Origin: an uncultured bacterium
GTDB lineage: Bacteria > Auribacterota > Erginobacteria > Erginobacterales > Erginobacteraceae
Length of the DNA: 64,000 nucleotides
Reading direction: 5' to 3'
NCBI GenBank assembly: GCA_963822585.1
Contig: CAWGIE010000036.1
Location: 96,001-160,000, forward strand
The notes under the pieces are model-generated. The model had not been told where the DNA came from, did not search any database, and saw only the letters and a program-made list of their open reading frames with translations. Shown here in pieces: positions 40,053 to 50,380 of the stretch (within the stretch, counting starts at the first letter, position 1; the number at the start of each line of letters is the position of its first letter). The translations under genes were made by a program, and so were the position numbers.

Positions 40053-40808
40053 CTTTTTTCTCCCCTCGTCACTATACCGCTGGCCTGCTTTACGCAATTC
40101 TTCTCTCAGATACCGCATCCCCTCCTCCACCGCCGCCGGCGCGCCCGCCACGCCCAGCACGAGATCCCATCCTTTGCCGGCGATCCGGGGAAGACTGGAG
40201 AGGGCAAGATCCGGGTAGGCGGCGATAAAATCCTCCATCAGCCCGACCAGGTCCGACTCGCGGCCATCGGGAAGAACCAGCGACCGAGAAATCCGTTCCG
40301 CTCCCTGATGATAATAGGTATCGAGCACCCAGGCCGTCATCGGTTCCGCCATCTCGGGGAACCCGGGCAGGAAATACCCGTTGGCGATCGAGAACCCGGG
40401 GACCTGGTTATACGGGTTGGGGATGATCCGGGAGCCTGCGGGGAACTCGACCATCTTCAGGCGGTGGGGGGTGGCCCGGGCGCCGAATTTCTTTTTCAGA
40501 ATGGCCGCCGCCTCTTTATGGGAGGCAAGTTCAACCCCGAACGCTTCCGCGGCACAGAGACGGGTGTGGTCGTCGGGTGTGGCGCCGATCCCGCCGCAGC
40601 AGAAGAACGGTGAAGGCTGTCCCCCGGCCCAGCGAAATTGGTTTCCCAATACGGAGGGATCATCGGGGAGTATGAGCACATAGTGAAGGAGAAGCCGCCG
40701 TTCCGCCAGCTGGCGCCGGGTATTCTCCAGGTGCCGGTCGCGGACGCGGCCGTCAAGGATCTCGCTCCCGATAATGATCAGCCCGAACCCGGAGACCTGC
40801 TTCTTCAT
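40050..40808 (-). CDS. CinA-like molybdopterin-binding domain protein
   Basis: IIIGSEILDGR..D.H, GGIGATPDDHT, IPNPYN, LPGFPEMA. Confidence 0.85.
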   Translation of the reverse strand: MKKQVSGFGLIIIGSEILDGRVRDRHLENTRRQLAERRLLLHYVLILPDDPSVLGNQFRWAGGQPSPFFCCGGIGATPDDHTRLCAAEAFGVELASHKEAAAILKKKFGARATPHRLKMVEFPAGSRIIPNPYNQVPGFSIANGYFLPGFPEMAEPMTAWVLDTYYHQGAERISRSLVLPDGRESDLVGLMEDFIAAYPDLALSSLPRIAGKGWDLVLGVAGAPAAVEEGMRYLREELRKAGQRYSDEGRKK

Positions 40809-40833
40809 CTTGACACTTCTTCTACTCTATTAT

Positions 40834-41056
40834 TCACCACGAAGGACACGAAGGGCACGAAGGATAACAATTAGAGAAGCATACATTGATAACACAAAAT
40901 TAACTCGGAATCATATGGAGAGAGAAGCTGACAGCGTTGTGTCATATCCACACCTTCCTCCACCAGCCAGCAGGGAAAACTCCAGATCCATATTGACTTA
41001 ATATGATCAGATTATTACAACTCCCCCCTTCGTGTTCTTCGTGTTCTTCGTGGTTA
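40834..41056. repeat. MITE-like element with inverted nonamer tandem repeats (CACGAAGRR)n
   Basis: ACCACGAAGGACACGAAGGGCACGAAG … CTTCGTGTTCTTCGTGTTCTTCGTGGT; same family at 59227-59325 and ~60533-60620. Confidence 0.75.
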
Positions 41057-41073
41057 TTATCGATTTTTTATGG

Positions 41074-41805
41074 TTAAAAATCGTCATAGAACTCAGGGTC
41101 GTAAACGTATGTCTCCCCGGGCTCAAGCATCATCGCGCCGGCCATGTAATCCCGATAAGAGGGATAAATCTCCACCCAGTCCCCGAACAGCTGCTGGTAT
41201 AACTTCTCGCTCTCGTCAACATTACCTTCCGCCTTTTCCGTCTCTTCCACGCTGTGCCCGAACCAGCGGCGGTCATAATAATTGGCTCTGATGGAAGCAA
41301 GCTCTATCTTCTGACTGGCCTCCGGCTTCTGCAAGGAATACCGCTCCAGGTTCTTCCCATCACCCAAAAGATCGATCTCCGACTCGGGGGTCCGCCAGCT
41401 CATCTGCACCATCTGCGGAGTCCGGGCCTCGTTGAACGGCTTGCCGTACTTGCGTCCCAGAACCAGACGAAAAATGGTGTACTCCATGATACTTCCGGGA
41501 TGCTCTACCTGGTAGGTTCCGCGGCGGAGTTTCCCGTCCTGGAAGTGGTAAACGATCCTCACCGGGACCTTCCCCAGCAGGGAAGCCTCATAGACCAGTT
41601 CATCCGCTTCCGGGGAGATCTGGGCGACCCCTTTCTTCTCCGCCTGTTCAACCTGCTCCATACTCATCCCCCACCGGGCATTTCTGAAGGGCGTGTCATC
41701 TCGGGCCTTCTCCCCGGGGGCAGCCGGCGGCGACTTGTCCGACGAAGCGCATCCCAGCACAAATAAAGAGACCAAGGTAAAAAAACACAATGCATTTTTT
41801 TTCAT
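41074..41805 (-). CDS. Hypothetical lipoprotein
   Basis: MKKNALCFFTLVSLFVLGC lipobox; FRNARWGMS.EQV motif. Confidence 0.7.
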   Translation of the reverse strand: MKKNALCFFTLVSLFVLGCASSDKSPPAAPGEKARDDTPFRNARWGMSMEQVEQAEKKGVAQISPEADELVYEASLLGKVPVRIVYHFQDGKLRRGTYQVEHPGSIMEYTIFRLVLGRKYGKPFNEARTPQMVQMSWRTPESEIDLLGDGKNLERYSLQKPEASQKIELASIRANYYDRRWFGHSVEETEKAEGNVDESEKLYQQLFGDWVEIYPSYRDYMAGAMMLEPGETYVYDPEFYDDF

Positions 41806-42086
41806 CTGTTGCCTCTCAAAATTCAACTCTCGCCGGTTGGCCGATTCCCTATCCGGCGCACTTTATTTAAACCGCGGAGCTACGGCCTCTACTCCATAAA
41901 TACAAAGCGACCCTCCTGGGAAGAGCAGACAAAGCTTCCCGGCTCCGCGCATTTTCGTTCGTTTTTCTTCGCGTTCCCCGGCCACCCCTATTTTCCTCGC
42001 GGGACACCTTGACGGACGCTCCCCTTCGCAGCAGGGAGAATAATGATAACAGAATCACCCGGAATACTACAATCGAATGTCTCGGT

Positions 42087-43136
42087 TTAAAAACCGATGA
42101 TCAGACAGAGATAGCCGACGGCCAGGCCGAAGAAAAAATTAAAGAGTTTGATTACCGCGAAGTCCTTGATACTGATCGAGAGGATGGGAAGCATTCCGTG
42201 GCCATCCTGGACAATCGAACTGGTAAACAGGATGGAAAAAGGTACCAGTCCCTGGGAAAACATGATGACAAAGATGAGATGGGGACCTGAATCCGGGATC
42301 AATCCCACCAGGGCCGCGGCCAGAAGAACCCAGGCCTGGTTGTGTGAGACAAGGCCGGCAATATCCCAGTGCGCCTCGCCGAGGTGGACGGCTAAGAGGG
42401 CGCCCAGCGTCCAGCAGAATATTTTCAGGAGATGTTTCTTGGCGGTATGTTCCCAGATATGGATTTCCAGGAAGTGATCGGGGACGGTGACAACGATGAA
42501 AAGAAGAAAGAGAAGAACCAGGCAGAGGGTTACTCTGATCCAGTTCCAATCCGGCGGTCCGATCTGCCCCGAGAAGACCCCGGAGAGGAGGACCAGGCTG
42601 AGAACGATCAGGGCCGCGCGCTGGAGGGTAAGCGCCTGCAGGTTATGCCTGAAGTCACTCCAGGATAAAAGCGCCCGGTCCGGACCGGTATGCACCTCCA
42701 GCTTATCACAGGCCTGACATGACCTCAGATGCAACTTGGTTGCCACCTTATCGGCAATCCAACCGGCCAGGATGCCGGCGCCGAAGAGGAGCGCGAAAAG
42801 AAGGAGCGCGCGCGCCGGGAAGAGGGCCAGCATAACAAAAGCCGCATCGCCCGAGGTAGATACCATGGTGGCCACGATAGCCCCGAACGATATAAAACCG
42901 TGGATATAGAGAGAAGATGCCGCGAAGGCTCCCAGGCACCCCGGTGTCGCGCCCAGAAAAGAACACCCCAGATACTGCCGCAAGGGCCGGCCCCGGATAA
43001 AATACTCCAGTCGGCCCCGGGTGAAGACATTGAGATAGTCCACCGCCACCATCATGGCGAAGACAAAACCGGCGATCAACAGGGCATGCTTGAAAACATC
43101 GATGAACATGGCAATAATTCCGATGAAATAATTCAA
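42087..43136 (-). CDS. Putative metal (Mn/As-type) permease, multi-TM
   Basis: LGATPGCLGAF, STSGDAAFVM, HF..HIW.H, GLIPDSGPH, SSIVQDGHG. Confidence 0.75.
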   Translation of the reverse strand: MNYFIGIIAMFIDVFKHALLIAGFVFAMMVAVDYLNVFTRGRLEYFIRGRPLRQYLGCSFLGATPGCLGAFAASSLYIHGFISFGAIVATMVSTSGDAAFVMLALFPARALLLFALLFGAGILAGWIADKVATKLHLRSCQACDKLEVHTGPDRALLSWSDFRHNLQALTLQRAALIVLSLVLLSGVFSGQIGPPDWNWIRVTLCLVLLFLLFIVVTVPDHFLEIHIWEHTAKKHLLKIFCWTLGALLAVHLGEAHWDIAGLVSHNQAWVLLAAALVGLIPDSGPHLIFVIMFSQGLVPFSILFTSSIVQDGHGMLPILSISIKDFAVIKLFNFFFGLAVGYLCLIIGF

Positions 43137-43285
43137 CTACGAGACCGGCGGTATATTCAACAGTAGGATGAAGGAGTAAGGGAGTGTTGGAATGTTGGAG
43201 TGCTGGGGTGCTGTGAGCCAATGAGCCGGTAGATCTTCAGTACTCCCTTATTCCAGTACTCCATCACTCCTTTCTTCTTACCCTT

Positions 43286-44251
43286 TTAAACTTTTTTCGA
43301 ACGGTCCTTACTAAAAATAAAATATTTTGTGGAACCTTTGTATTCCTCCTTGATCTTTCCCTCATCCAGAAGATGTCCGAGATATTTGACGATCTCGTTG
43401 CGATGAAGGCCGAACGAGGTCGAGAGGTCATCCAGGGTGGCCGGGCGCCGCTCCAGGTAAGCAAGAAGAGCCTCCGCCACGTTTTCCTTGGTCGCCTCCC
43501 CGCGGTGACCTCGGAAACCGGCCACGACTTCGACCGGGATCGGTCCCAGCCGTGACTGTAAAAACCGCCGCGCCTTCTCCAGAGACGACTCATCCAGAGA
43601 TCCCACCCCGGCAACGGCGGGAGGACGGACCGCGGTGTTTAACTGAACTTTATCCGGGCGGATAGACGCTATCCGATCGGCGATGGCTGCCAGCTCGACT
43701 TCGTTGTCATTGATATCCTTGAGCAGCATCACTTCCAGCCAGACCTGCCCGGGAAATTCCGAGACAAAGGCGGCAATGCCCCCAACCAGATTTTCCAGGG
43801 AAAGATCCCGGTGGGGCCGGTTTATCCTCTCAAAAGTCCCCTGGGTTCCGGCGTCGAGACTGGGAACGACCAGGTCGGCGGAGATAAGAGCTTGCCTGAC
43901 TTCAGGCCGCCAGAGAAGCGTTCCGTTGGTCAGAACAGCCACCGGGATCGGGGTCATTTTCTTGATCGCGGGGATCAGGACGCCGATCTCCCGGTTCAGC
44001 GTGGGCTCCCCGGAACCGGAGAGGGTGATATAGTCGATCCGGCCGCCTTCCTGTAACACCTCCCTCAATTCCGAAAGAATCGCCGCGACCGGTTCGTATT
44101 CCTTTCGCTCATCAGTCGTGCAGGCAGTCGAACCCAGCTGGCAGTAAACACAGTCGAGCGTGCACGTCTTATAGGGGACCAGGTCGACGCCCAGGGAAAA
44201 GCCGAGACGGCGGGAAGGAACCGGCCCAAAAATATAATGTCTTTCAGTCAT
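43286..44251 (-). CDS. Radical SAM protein
   Basis: FGPVPSRRLG.SLG, CTLDCVYC (CxxxCxxC), SGSGEPTL, VLTNG. Confidence 0.9.
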   Translation of the reverse strand: MTERHYIFGPVPSRRLGFSLGVDLVPYKTCTLDCVYCQLGSTACTTDERKEYEPVAAILSELREVLQEGGRIDYITLSGSGEPTLNREIGVLIPAIKKMTPIPVAVLTNGTLLWRPEVRQALISADLVVPSLDAGTQGTFERINRPHRDLSLENLVGGIAAFVSEFPGQVWLEVMLLKDINDNEVELAAIADRIASIRPDKVQLNTAVRPPAVAGVGSLDESSLEKARRFLQSRLGPIPVEVVAGFRGHRGEATKENVAEALLAYLERRPATLDDLSTSFGLHRNEIVKYLGHLLDEGKIKEEYKGSTKYFIFSKDRSKKV

Positions 44252-44291
44252 CTTTTTCTCTTATTTAACAGATAAGGCAAAGCGTTATGTG

Positions 44292-46151
44292 TTAAATAAG
44301 GCTCGGGCGGCGGCTCAGTTTCTCCCAGATCCCGGTGATGGCCGCCGTAACGGCTCCATCGGAAAACTCCACCACCGAAAGCCCTTCCATCTGGGCATCG
44401 GTCACCACCCGGTCATAGGGGATCTCCCCGACTATCTCCGCCTGATAATCTCCGGCCACCGAGAGAATCTCTTCGGCCATCTTCCGGTTAAGATCGCATT
44501 TATTGATGACCACTCCGGAAGGCACGCCGAAATGACGGATCAGGTCCAGAATACGCTCCAGGTCATGAACTCCGGAGATGGTGGGTTCGGTAACAACCAG
44601 GGCATACGCGGCCCCGGTCAGGGAAGCGATAACCGGACATCCCGTCCCGGGTGAGCCGTCGATGATCACCTCTTTCCATGATTCCACCAAGGCCAGATCA
44701 ACCGCTTTTTCCCGGATCACGGTCACCAGCCGCCCCGAGTTCTCTTCCGCGATGCCCAGCTTGGCGTGGGTCATCGGCTGGTCGAAGCGGGTTTGGGAGA
44801 CAAACCACTCACCGTTAATCGCCGGCGCGGTGATGACCGCCTCCACCGGGCAGACCAGCGCGCAGACACCACACCCCTCGCAGGCAAGCTGATCGATTCG
44901 GAAAATAACACCCCCCCCCTCTTTTTCCTCTTGCTCAATCGCGCTAAAACGACACTCCTCAAAACACCGCCCGCAACTGATACACCGGGTCTGATCGATC
45001 CGGGCGACCACCCCCCCGCTGAAGAACCCCCTTTTCCTGATCTCCGGTTTTAAAATCAGATGAAGGTCGGCGGCGTCCACATCGCAATCCGAGATCACGG
45101 CGGGACCGGCCAGAGCGGCGAAGGAAGCCGTCAGGGAAGTCTTCCCGGTCCCGCCCTTGCCGCTGATCACCACCAGTTCGCGGGGCCGGGGAGTATCCGA
45201 GGGTTTAGAGAGTTCCGGCAGGGATGGGGCCGGCTCTCCGGAGTGATCGATTTCCGGTAGGGTTTTTACCGTTCTCTCTTTTGCGGTCTCCCGTTCGATC
45301 CGAAGGGTGATCTCCGCAAAGAGAGGACGATACCGGAGAAGTTTCTCCACCACCAAGCCCCCGGAAGAATAAATCTCCGCAATCTCTCGATCATCCGGGA
45401 TCTCCCCGATAACGGTCAGCTCCGCCTCCCGGCAATACTCCTGGAGAGAATCATCGCGATACTCGGCCCGGTTAACCAGGACCACCGGTTCCCGGCCGAT
45501 CTTCCGGCACATCTCCACCGCCAGTTTCAGATCGTTGATCCCGAACGGGGTGGGATCGGTAACCAGGACGACCAAATCGGCATCCACGGCCGTCTCCACC
45601 GCCGAGCAGGCGGTCCCCGGCGGGGAGTCATTGATGGTAATATCCGGTCCGGCAAACTCCTTGACCCGGGAGATCAAGCGGGGGGACATCCCCCCTTCTC
45701 CGGTCTCCAGAAGAGCATAATGGTAATCCATCGCGGGCCCGGCTTCCCGGGAAGATCGGCGGACGCCATGAAAGAGGCGCCCGATCTTCTTCGTCTTTTC
45801 GATAACGGCATCCTCGGGACAGACGATAGTGCAGGCGCCGCAGACATGGCAAAGTTCCGGGAAAAAGATAACCTCTTTCCCGGTCACCGCGATCGCGTTG
45901 TAGCTGCAAGCCGCCGCGCACCTCCCGCATTTAGTACATTTCCCGGGATCAACACCTGCCGGAGAGAGGATCTCGATTGCCTCCTCCTTCTCTATCCGCG
46001 GGTTTAAAAAGAGGTGTCCATTGGGGGCCTCGACATCACAGTCCAGGTAGGTTACCTCCCGGCCCGCGGTCGACCAGACGGCGGCCAGGTTGGTCGCGAC
46101 CAGTGTCTTTCCGGTTCCTCCTTTGCCGGAGGCGATGGTCAGATTCATCAT
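44292..46151 (-). CDS. Tandem-fused MinD-like P-loop ATPase with inserted 4Fe-4S ferredoxin domains (two COG1149 units)
   Basis: Two SGKGGTGKT motifs, two DCDV.A..H motifs, CxxCxxC ferredoxin motifs, two PG..C motifs. Confidence 0.9.
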   Translation of the reverse strand: MMNLTIASGKGGTGKTLVATNLAAVWSTAGREVTYLDCDVEAPNGHLFLNPRIEKEEAIEILSPAGVDPGKCTKCGRCAAACSYNAIAVTGKEVIFFPELCHVCGACTIVCPEDAVIEKTKKIGRLFHGVRRSSREAGPAMDYHYALLETGEGGMSPRLISRVKEFAGPDITINDSPPGTACSAVETAVDADLVVLVTDPTPFGINDLKLAVEMCRKIGREPVVLVNRAEYRDDSLQEYCREAELTVIGEIPDDREIAEIYSSGGLVVEKLLRYRPLFAEITLRIERETAKERTVKTLPEIDHSGEPAPSLPELSKPSDTPRPRELVVISGKGGTGKTSLTASFAALAGPAVISDCDVDAADLHLILKPEIRKRGFFSGGVVARIDQTRCISCGRCFEECRFSAIEQEEKEGGGVIFRIDQLACEGCGVCALVCPVEAVITAPAINGEWFVSQTRFDQPMTHAKLGIAEENSGRLVTVIREKAVDLALVESWKEVIIDGSPGTGCPVIASLTGAAYALVVTEPTISGVHDLERILDLIRHFGVPSGVVINKCDLNRKMAEEILSVAGDYQAEIVGEIPYDRVVTDAQMEGLSVVEFSDGAVTAAITGIWEKLSRRPSLI

Positions 46152-46447
46152 ATCTTCTGCCAGACCGCGCTGAGCTTACCGGCCATGGTCAGAGGCTTGT
46201 CGGACCGGTCATCGATCTTGATCGTGGTGACGACACGTTTTACTTCAGGACCGAATGTTTCCCGGTGCATCTTCTTGGCCAGGTCGATGATCGTGTCCAG
46301 ATCGCCCTCGATCACGGTCCCCATCGGAGTCAGTTCATACTTGACCCCGTGGGCGCCCTTGAGAATGCGCACGGCACCAGCCACGAAATGGCTGAGCGAA
46401 GGGCTCTTCGTTCCCACCGGAACGACACTGACTTCTATCATAGCCAC
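46148..46447 (-). CDS. MTH1187-family thiamine-binding protein
   Basis: EVSVVPVGT.SPSLS…YELTPMGTVIEG…RV.T.IKIDDR. Confidence 0.88.
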   Translation of the reverse strand: MAMIEVSVVPVGTKSPSLSHFVAGAVRILKGAHGVKYELTPMGTVIEGDLDTIIDLAKKMHRETFGPEVKRVVTTIKIDDRSDKPLTMAGKLSAVWQKI

Positions 46448-46519
46448 GATTAATCCCTCCTTTTAGCATCCATGTGACCCCTGTTACTTATAAAAAAACT
46501 GATACATCGAGGAGATCGC

Positions 46520-46780
46520 GAAATCTCAAATGACAAATCCTAAATACTAAACAAATTCCAATGACCCAAATTCAAAATTTCAAACAATTAACCAAACCGA
46601 AGAGGATTACTCTCAACCTTATTGAAAAACCTACGCCGTTGAGAGGGGCGCCTATGGAAACCCCCGACTCCGCTCGACGAGTTTGTGATTTGGAATTTGA
46701 GTTTTGTTTATTACTTGGGATTTTCAGCCGGAGGCTGATCAGCCTTTGGCCGAGGTGCTTGGGATTTGGGATTTATTTTA
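46520..46780. repeat. AT-rich inverted heptamer-repeat element (AAATCC/TAA … TTT(A/G)GGATT)
   Basis: Degenerate heptamer arms in inverted orientation; similar elements at ~1950-2080 and 54390-54550. Confidence 0.6.
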
Positions 46781-47098
46781 GAGATGTATCTTAATCTTCT
46801 CTTCCAGGGCCGTCTTGGGCTGGACCCCGATTACCTGCTCGACCGCCTTTCCCCCCTTGAAGATTATCAGGGTGGGGATCGCCCGGATCGAGAACCGGCC
46901 GGCGACACCGGGAGCCTCGTCGACGTTTACTTTACAGACCTTGAGCCGGCCCGCGTACTCGCCGGCCAGTGCCTCCACGGTCGGAGCCACCATATTGCAG
47001 GGGCCGCACCAGGGCGCCCAGAAATCGACCAGGACCGGCAGTGGGGACTGAATAATCTCTTCATCAAAGTTGGCGTCGGTAACATTGATTTCCGTCAT
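46778..47098 (-). CDS. trxA: Thioredoxin
   Basis: VLVDFWAPWCGPC. Confidence 0.95.
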   Translation of the reverse strand: MTEINVTDANFDEEIIQSPLPVLVDFWAPWCGPCNMVAPTVEALAGEYAGRLKVCKVNVDEAPGVAGRFSIRAIPTLIIFKGGKAVEQVIGVQPKTALEEKIKIHL

Positions 47099-47171
47099 AA
47101 ATTTCCTCCTTCGGTAAAAATTTAGGTTGCCCCGATTTATTTATAAATCAATGAAGTAATGCGGGATTCCT

Positions 47172-47402
47172 TTAAAAAGGGCATTGGCCCCCCGAGCAAG
47201 GTGACGGACCGGCCGGACAGGTGGGGCAATTCGCCCTCTCTTTTCCAACCCCGGATGAGCCGACACTGAAGGCGGCAAGGGTCTTTTTAATCCGGGGGCT
47301 CCCGCATCCGGGGCATTTTCGCTCCGTTTTCTCGGCGGTCATCCCCTCCAGCAGATCGAAAGCACGATCACATTCCTGGCATCGGTAACTGTAGATGGGC
47401 AT
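47172..47402 (-). CDS. FmdB-family zinc-ribbon protein
   Basis: MPIYSYRCQEC…CPGCGS. Confidence 0.85.
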   Translation of the reverse strand: MPIYSYRCQECDRAFDLLEGMTAEKTERKCPGCGSPRIKKTLAAFSVGSSGVGKERANCPTCPAGPSPCSGGQCPF

Positions 47403-47692
47403 AGTTACTTCCCTCCGGGAAGTCTTATTAACCTGGATTATTCATCAAGTTATCTATAGTAGCCTCGATGATACGGCTACAGCAGACTACTTTTTTTCCG
47501 GCAGGGCAACGTTTATTTATAGCCGCAACAAAGCAATCAAGATTAGATACTTATCCTCAAGCGACCGTATATAATCACCCTATGATCAATCCCTTATCGC
47601 ATTGCTGTCAATACCAGCTATGGCATTGTTCAAACCTAACTCGATTTATGCCAGCCGGCCGGGCGGGGGCCGGCATAAATCGGGTTAAACTG

Positions 47693-48619
47693 TCAGTAGT
47701 CCACCAGAAGGTCGCGGACGCTCAGGGCGGCCACCGTTCCTTCGCCGCAGGCGGCCGAGATCTGACGGACATTACCGGCCCGGACGTCACCGGCGGCAAA
47801 GATCCCCGACACCGAGGTGCTCATCTCCGTATCGGTTACGATAAAGCCCTTCTCGTCCATCTTCACCACGTCGTGCAAAAAAGCGGAATTCGGTTCCACC
47901 CCCACAAAGACGAAGACCCCGTCAACCGCGATCTTCTCCTCTTTTCCTGACTCTTTATTCCTGATGGTGATTGACTCCACACCCCCCTCACCGTTAATCG
48001 AGACCGGGATAGATGAAAGAACAAAAGAGACCTTCCCGGTCTTCTCCAACTCACCGACCACGTACTTTTCGCCCCGGAAAGTATCGCGGCGATGAATCAG
48101 GTGCACCCGGGACGCGAATCGGGTTAGAAAGAGCGCTTCTTCCAGGGCGGCGTTTCCCCCTCCGACAACCGCGACTTCCTTATCCCTGTATAAAGGCCCA
48201 TCGCAGGTGGCGCAGTAGGACACTCCTTTCCCCAGCAGCTCTTTCTCTCCGGGAACACCGAGTTCCCGCATCCGGCTGCCCGGGGCGACGATCAGGCTCC
48301 GGGCCGGATACAATCCCTTTCCGGTCTCAACCCGGATAATCTCCCCGGAAGGGACAACAGCTATCACCTCCTCGAACTCCCTGATCTCGACCCCGAATTT
48401 CAGCGCCTGAGCCTTGAACCGCGCGCTCAGTTCCATCCCGTTAATCCCCTCGGGGAAACCGGGAAAATTTTCGATGACGCCGGTGACGTTGGGCCAGCCG
48501 CCGCAAAGCATTTTTTCCATAACCAGCGTCCGCAGCCGCTCCCGGGCGGTATAGATCGCCGCGGTTAAACCGGCCGGACCGCCGCCAACGATTATCACGT
48601 CATAAATATCTTTTTTCAT
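47693..48619 (-). CDS. trxB: Thioredoxin-disulfide reductase
   Basis: GGGPAGLTAA, GVSYCATCDG, GGGNAALEEA, IFAAGDV. Confidence 0.95.
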   Translation of the reverse strand: MKKDIYDVIIVGGGPAGLTAAIYTARERLRTLVMEKMLCGGWPNVTGVIENFPGFPEGINGMELSARFKAQALKFGVEIREFEEVIAVVPSGEIIRVETGKGLYPARSLIVAPGSRMRELGVPGEKELLGKGVSYCATCDGPLYRDKEVAVVGGGNAALEEALFLTRFASRVHLIHRRDTFRGEKYVVGELEKTGKVSFVLSSIPVSINGEGGVESITIRNKESGKEEKIAVDGVFVFVGVEPNSAFLHDVVKMDEKGFIVTDTEMSTSVSGIFAAGDVRAGNVRQISAACGEGTVAALSVRDLLVDY

Positions 48620-48634
48620 ACCACTTCCCCCGGA

Positions 48635-49279
48635 TTATTCATCAGAATTAACGGCAGTTATTACTACGAAAGCTCCCCTGCCATATCCTTTTCGGACAGG
48701 CTGAATTCCCCTTATATTCTCAGGCGGATCATAGAGAGTTTGTATTATATCAATGTCTCCCCATTTCTTTTTCCCCAGCAATCTTAAAACTTCCGGCACG
48801 GAAAAAAACCGGGCGTTGCCATAAAATGCACTTTCCTTTTTCCGCTCCTCATACCATCTGCCTAAAAAGCTTTCCTTATCCAGCATTCCTATTATCACGT
48901 TTCCGCCCTGCTTGAGAACTCTCCCTATTTCTTCGATCAATCTCTCCGGTTGCTTGATAAAGCAAAGGGCGGTAATCAGGAACACGCTTGCGAACACCCC
49001 ATCGGCAAAAGGGAGGCATTCCCCGACCGCCTGAATTACCTCACATCCCCGTTGCCGGGCGATCCGGAGCATTTCCCGGGCAGGATCAATTCCAATTTTG
49101 ATCCCCAGAGGTGCAGCAAAGCGCCCGGTACCCACGCCGATTTCCAGGGTGCGGCCCCCCGGCCCGATCACCTTTTTGATTGCCGCTAACTCAGAATAAT
49201 ACGCTGCCCGGTTTTGATCGTACCAGCTATCGTAATGCAGCGCTGATTCATTAAAAGAGCCGCGGGAATCGTTATTCAT
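48635..49279 (-). CDS. Class I SAM-dependent methyltransferase
   Basis: YDSWY, LEIGVGTGRFA, GECLPF. Confidence 0.88.
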   Translation of the reverse strand: MNNDSRGSFNESALHYDSWYDQNRAAYYSELAAIKKVIGPGGRTLEIGVGTGRFAAPLGIKIGIDPAREMLRIARQRGCEVIQAVGECLPFADGVFASVFLITALCFIKQPERLIEEIGRVLKQGGNVIIGMLDKESFLGRWYEERKKESAFYGNARFFSVPEVLRLLGKKKWGDIDIIQTLYDPPENIRGIQPVRKGYGRGAFVVITAVNSDE

Positions 49280-49282
49280 TTT

Positions 49283-49420
49283 TACAAGTTAGCGCCTCCG
49301 GCGCAACTTGTAGTGTAAAGTGTAATGTTTAAAGTGTAATGAAACTTCCCCCTTCACACCTTACACTTCATACTACGTTATTGAAATTCCGAAACAATAA
49401 GTTAGCGCCTCCGGCGCAAC
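49283..49420. repeat. Repeat family ACAAGTTAGCGCCTCCGGCGCAACTTGTAG + (AAGTGTA)n
   Basis: Near-identical copies at ~52169-52260 (+) and ~57893-57982 (-). Confidence 0.8.
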
Positions 49421-49667
49421 TCGGTCAGGGCAACGGTAACCCCGGTAACCACCGGGGTTTCGTTTGTCGGTTACGGTTACGTGCGCCAGGCGCAGCGGCC
49501 GTTACCCTAACCCTCACCGATACCCCGATGAATCGGGACAGGCTGGGCTTCGTTACCCTTACCGTTACCTTTTATTGTGAGCTGGAGGCTCACCCCGATA
49601 GCTATCGGGGAAATTCCGAAACAGTGAATTATTTATTTTACACTATATCATTGGAGGATTTGAATCA

Positions 49668-50336
49668 CTATCCCGGATCGTCCACCAGCCAGAAGGTATT
49701 GTCTCGCCTGAGGAGGCTGGCCGGGAGTGACGGCTCCAGCCCGGCGGCGATCCGGCGAAAAATCAATCCTTTTTCCTTCCCGGGGGCCAGAACAACACGA
49801 AGACCGGCCTTGTTGATAACCGGGAGGGAGAGGGTAAGACGACGGGGCGGCGGTTTGGGACTGTCATAAACGGCTACCACCGGCTCTTTTCTCCGCAACG
49901 CCGGATGATCGGGAAAGAGGCTGGCGATATGGCCGTCCTCCCCGACACCGAGAAGGCAGGCATCAAGCGGCCGTCCCCCGGTCGCCCGCCGGAGAGTCTC
50001 GGCGTACTCCGCGGCCGCCCGCTCCAGGTCGCCTTCTCCGGCGGGCATCGGGCGGAGATGCGCCGGGAGTTCCCCCCCTTTTTTCCAGGCGGCCAGGGTG
50101 GCGGCATCGTTTCTATCCCGATGGCCCGGGGGGACTCCTCTCTCATCAACCCAGAAAAGATAAAGGTTCCGGCGCACTTCTTCCGGAAGCAAGCCGGTCA
50201 CCAAGCCGAGCACCGGGACCGGCGACCGGCCTCCCGGAATGGCCAGGACGGCCCTCCCCCGTCCGGCAACGGCTTCCCGCAGCTTGTCGGCAAGTAATTC
50301 CGCGGCCAGTCGGGGATTATAGGGTAAAACCTTCAC
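49668..50336 (-). CDS. pgl: 6-phosphogluconolactonase
   Basis: PGGRSP, FWVDER.VP, LLGVGEDGHIASLFP, SPKPPPRRLTLSL. Confidence 0.88.
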   Translation of the reverse strand: MKVLPYNPRLAAELLADKLREAVAGRGRAVLAIPGGRSPVPVLGLVTGLLPEEVRRNLYLFWVDERGVPPGHRDRNDAATLAAWKKGGELPAHLRPMPAGEGDLERAAAEYAETLRRATGGRPLDACLLGVGEDGHIASLFPDHPALRRKEPVVAVYDSPKPPPRRLTLSLPVINKAGLRVVLAPGKEKGLIFRRIAAGLEPSLPASLLRRDNTFWLVDDPG

Positions 50337-50380
50337 CGGCCAATCTCCTTTAGGTGCGGACCGGACTGGCGGACATCAGG

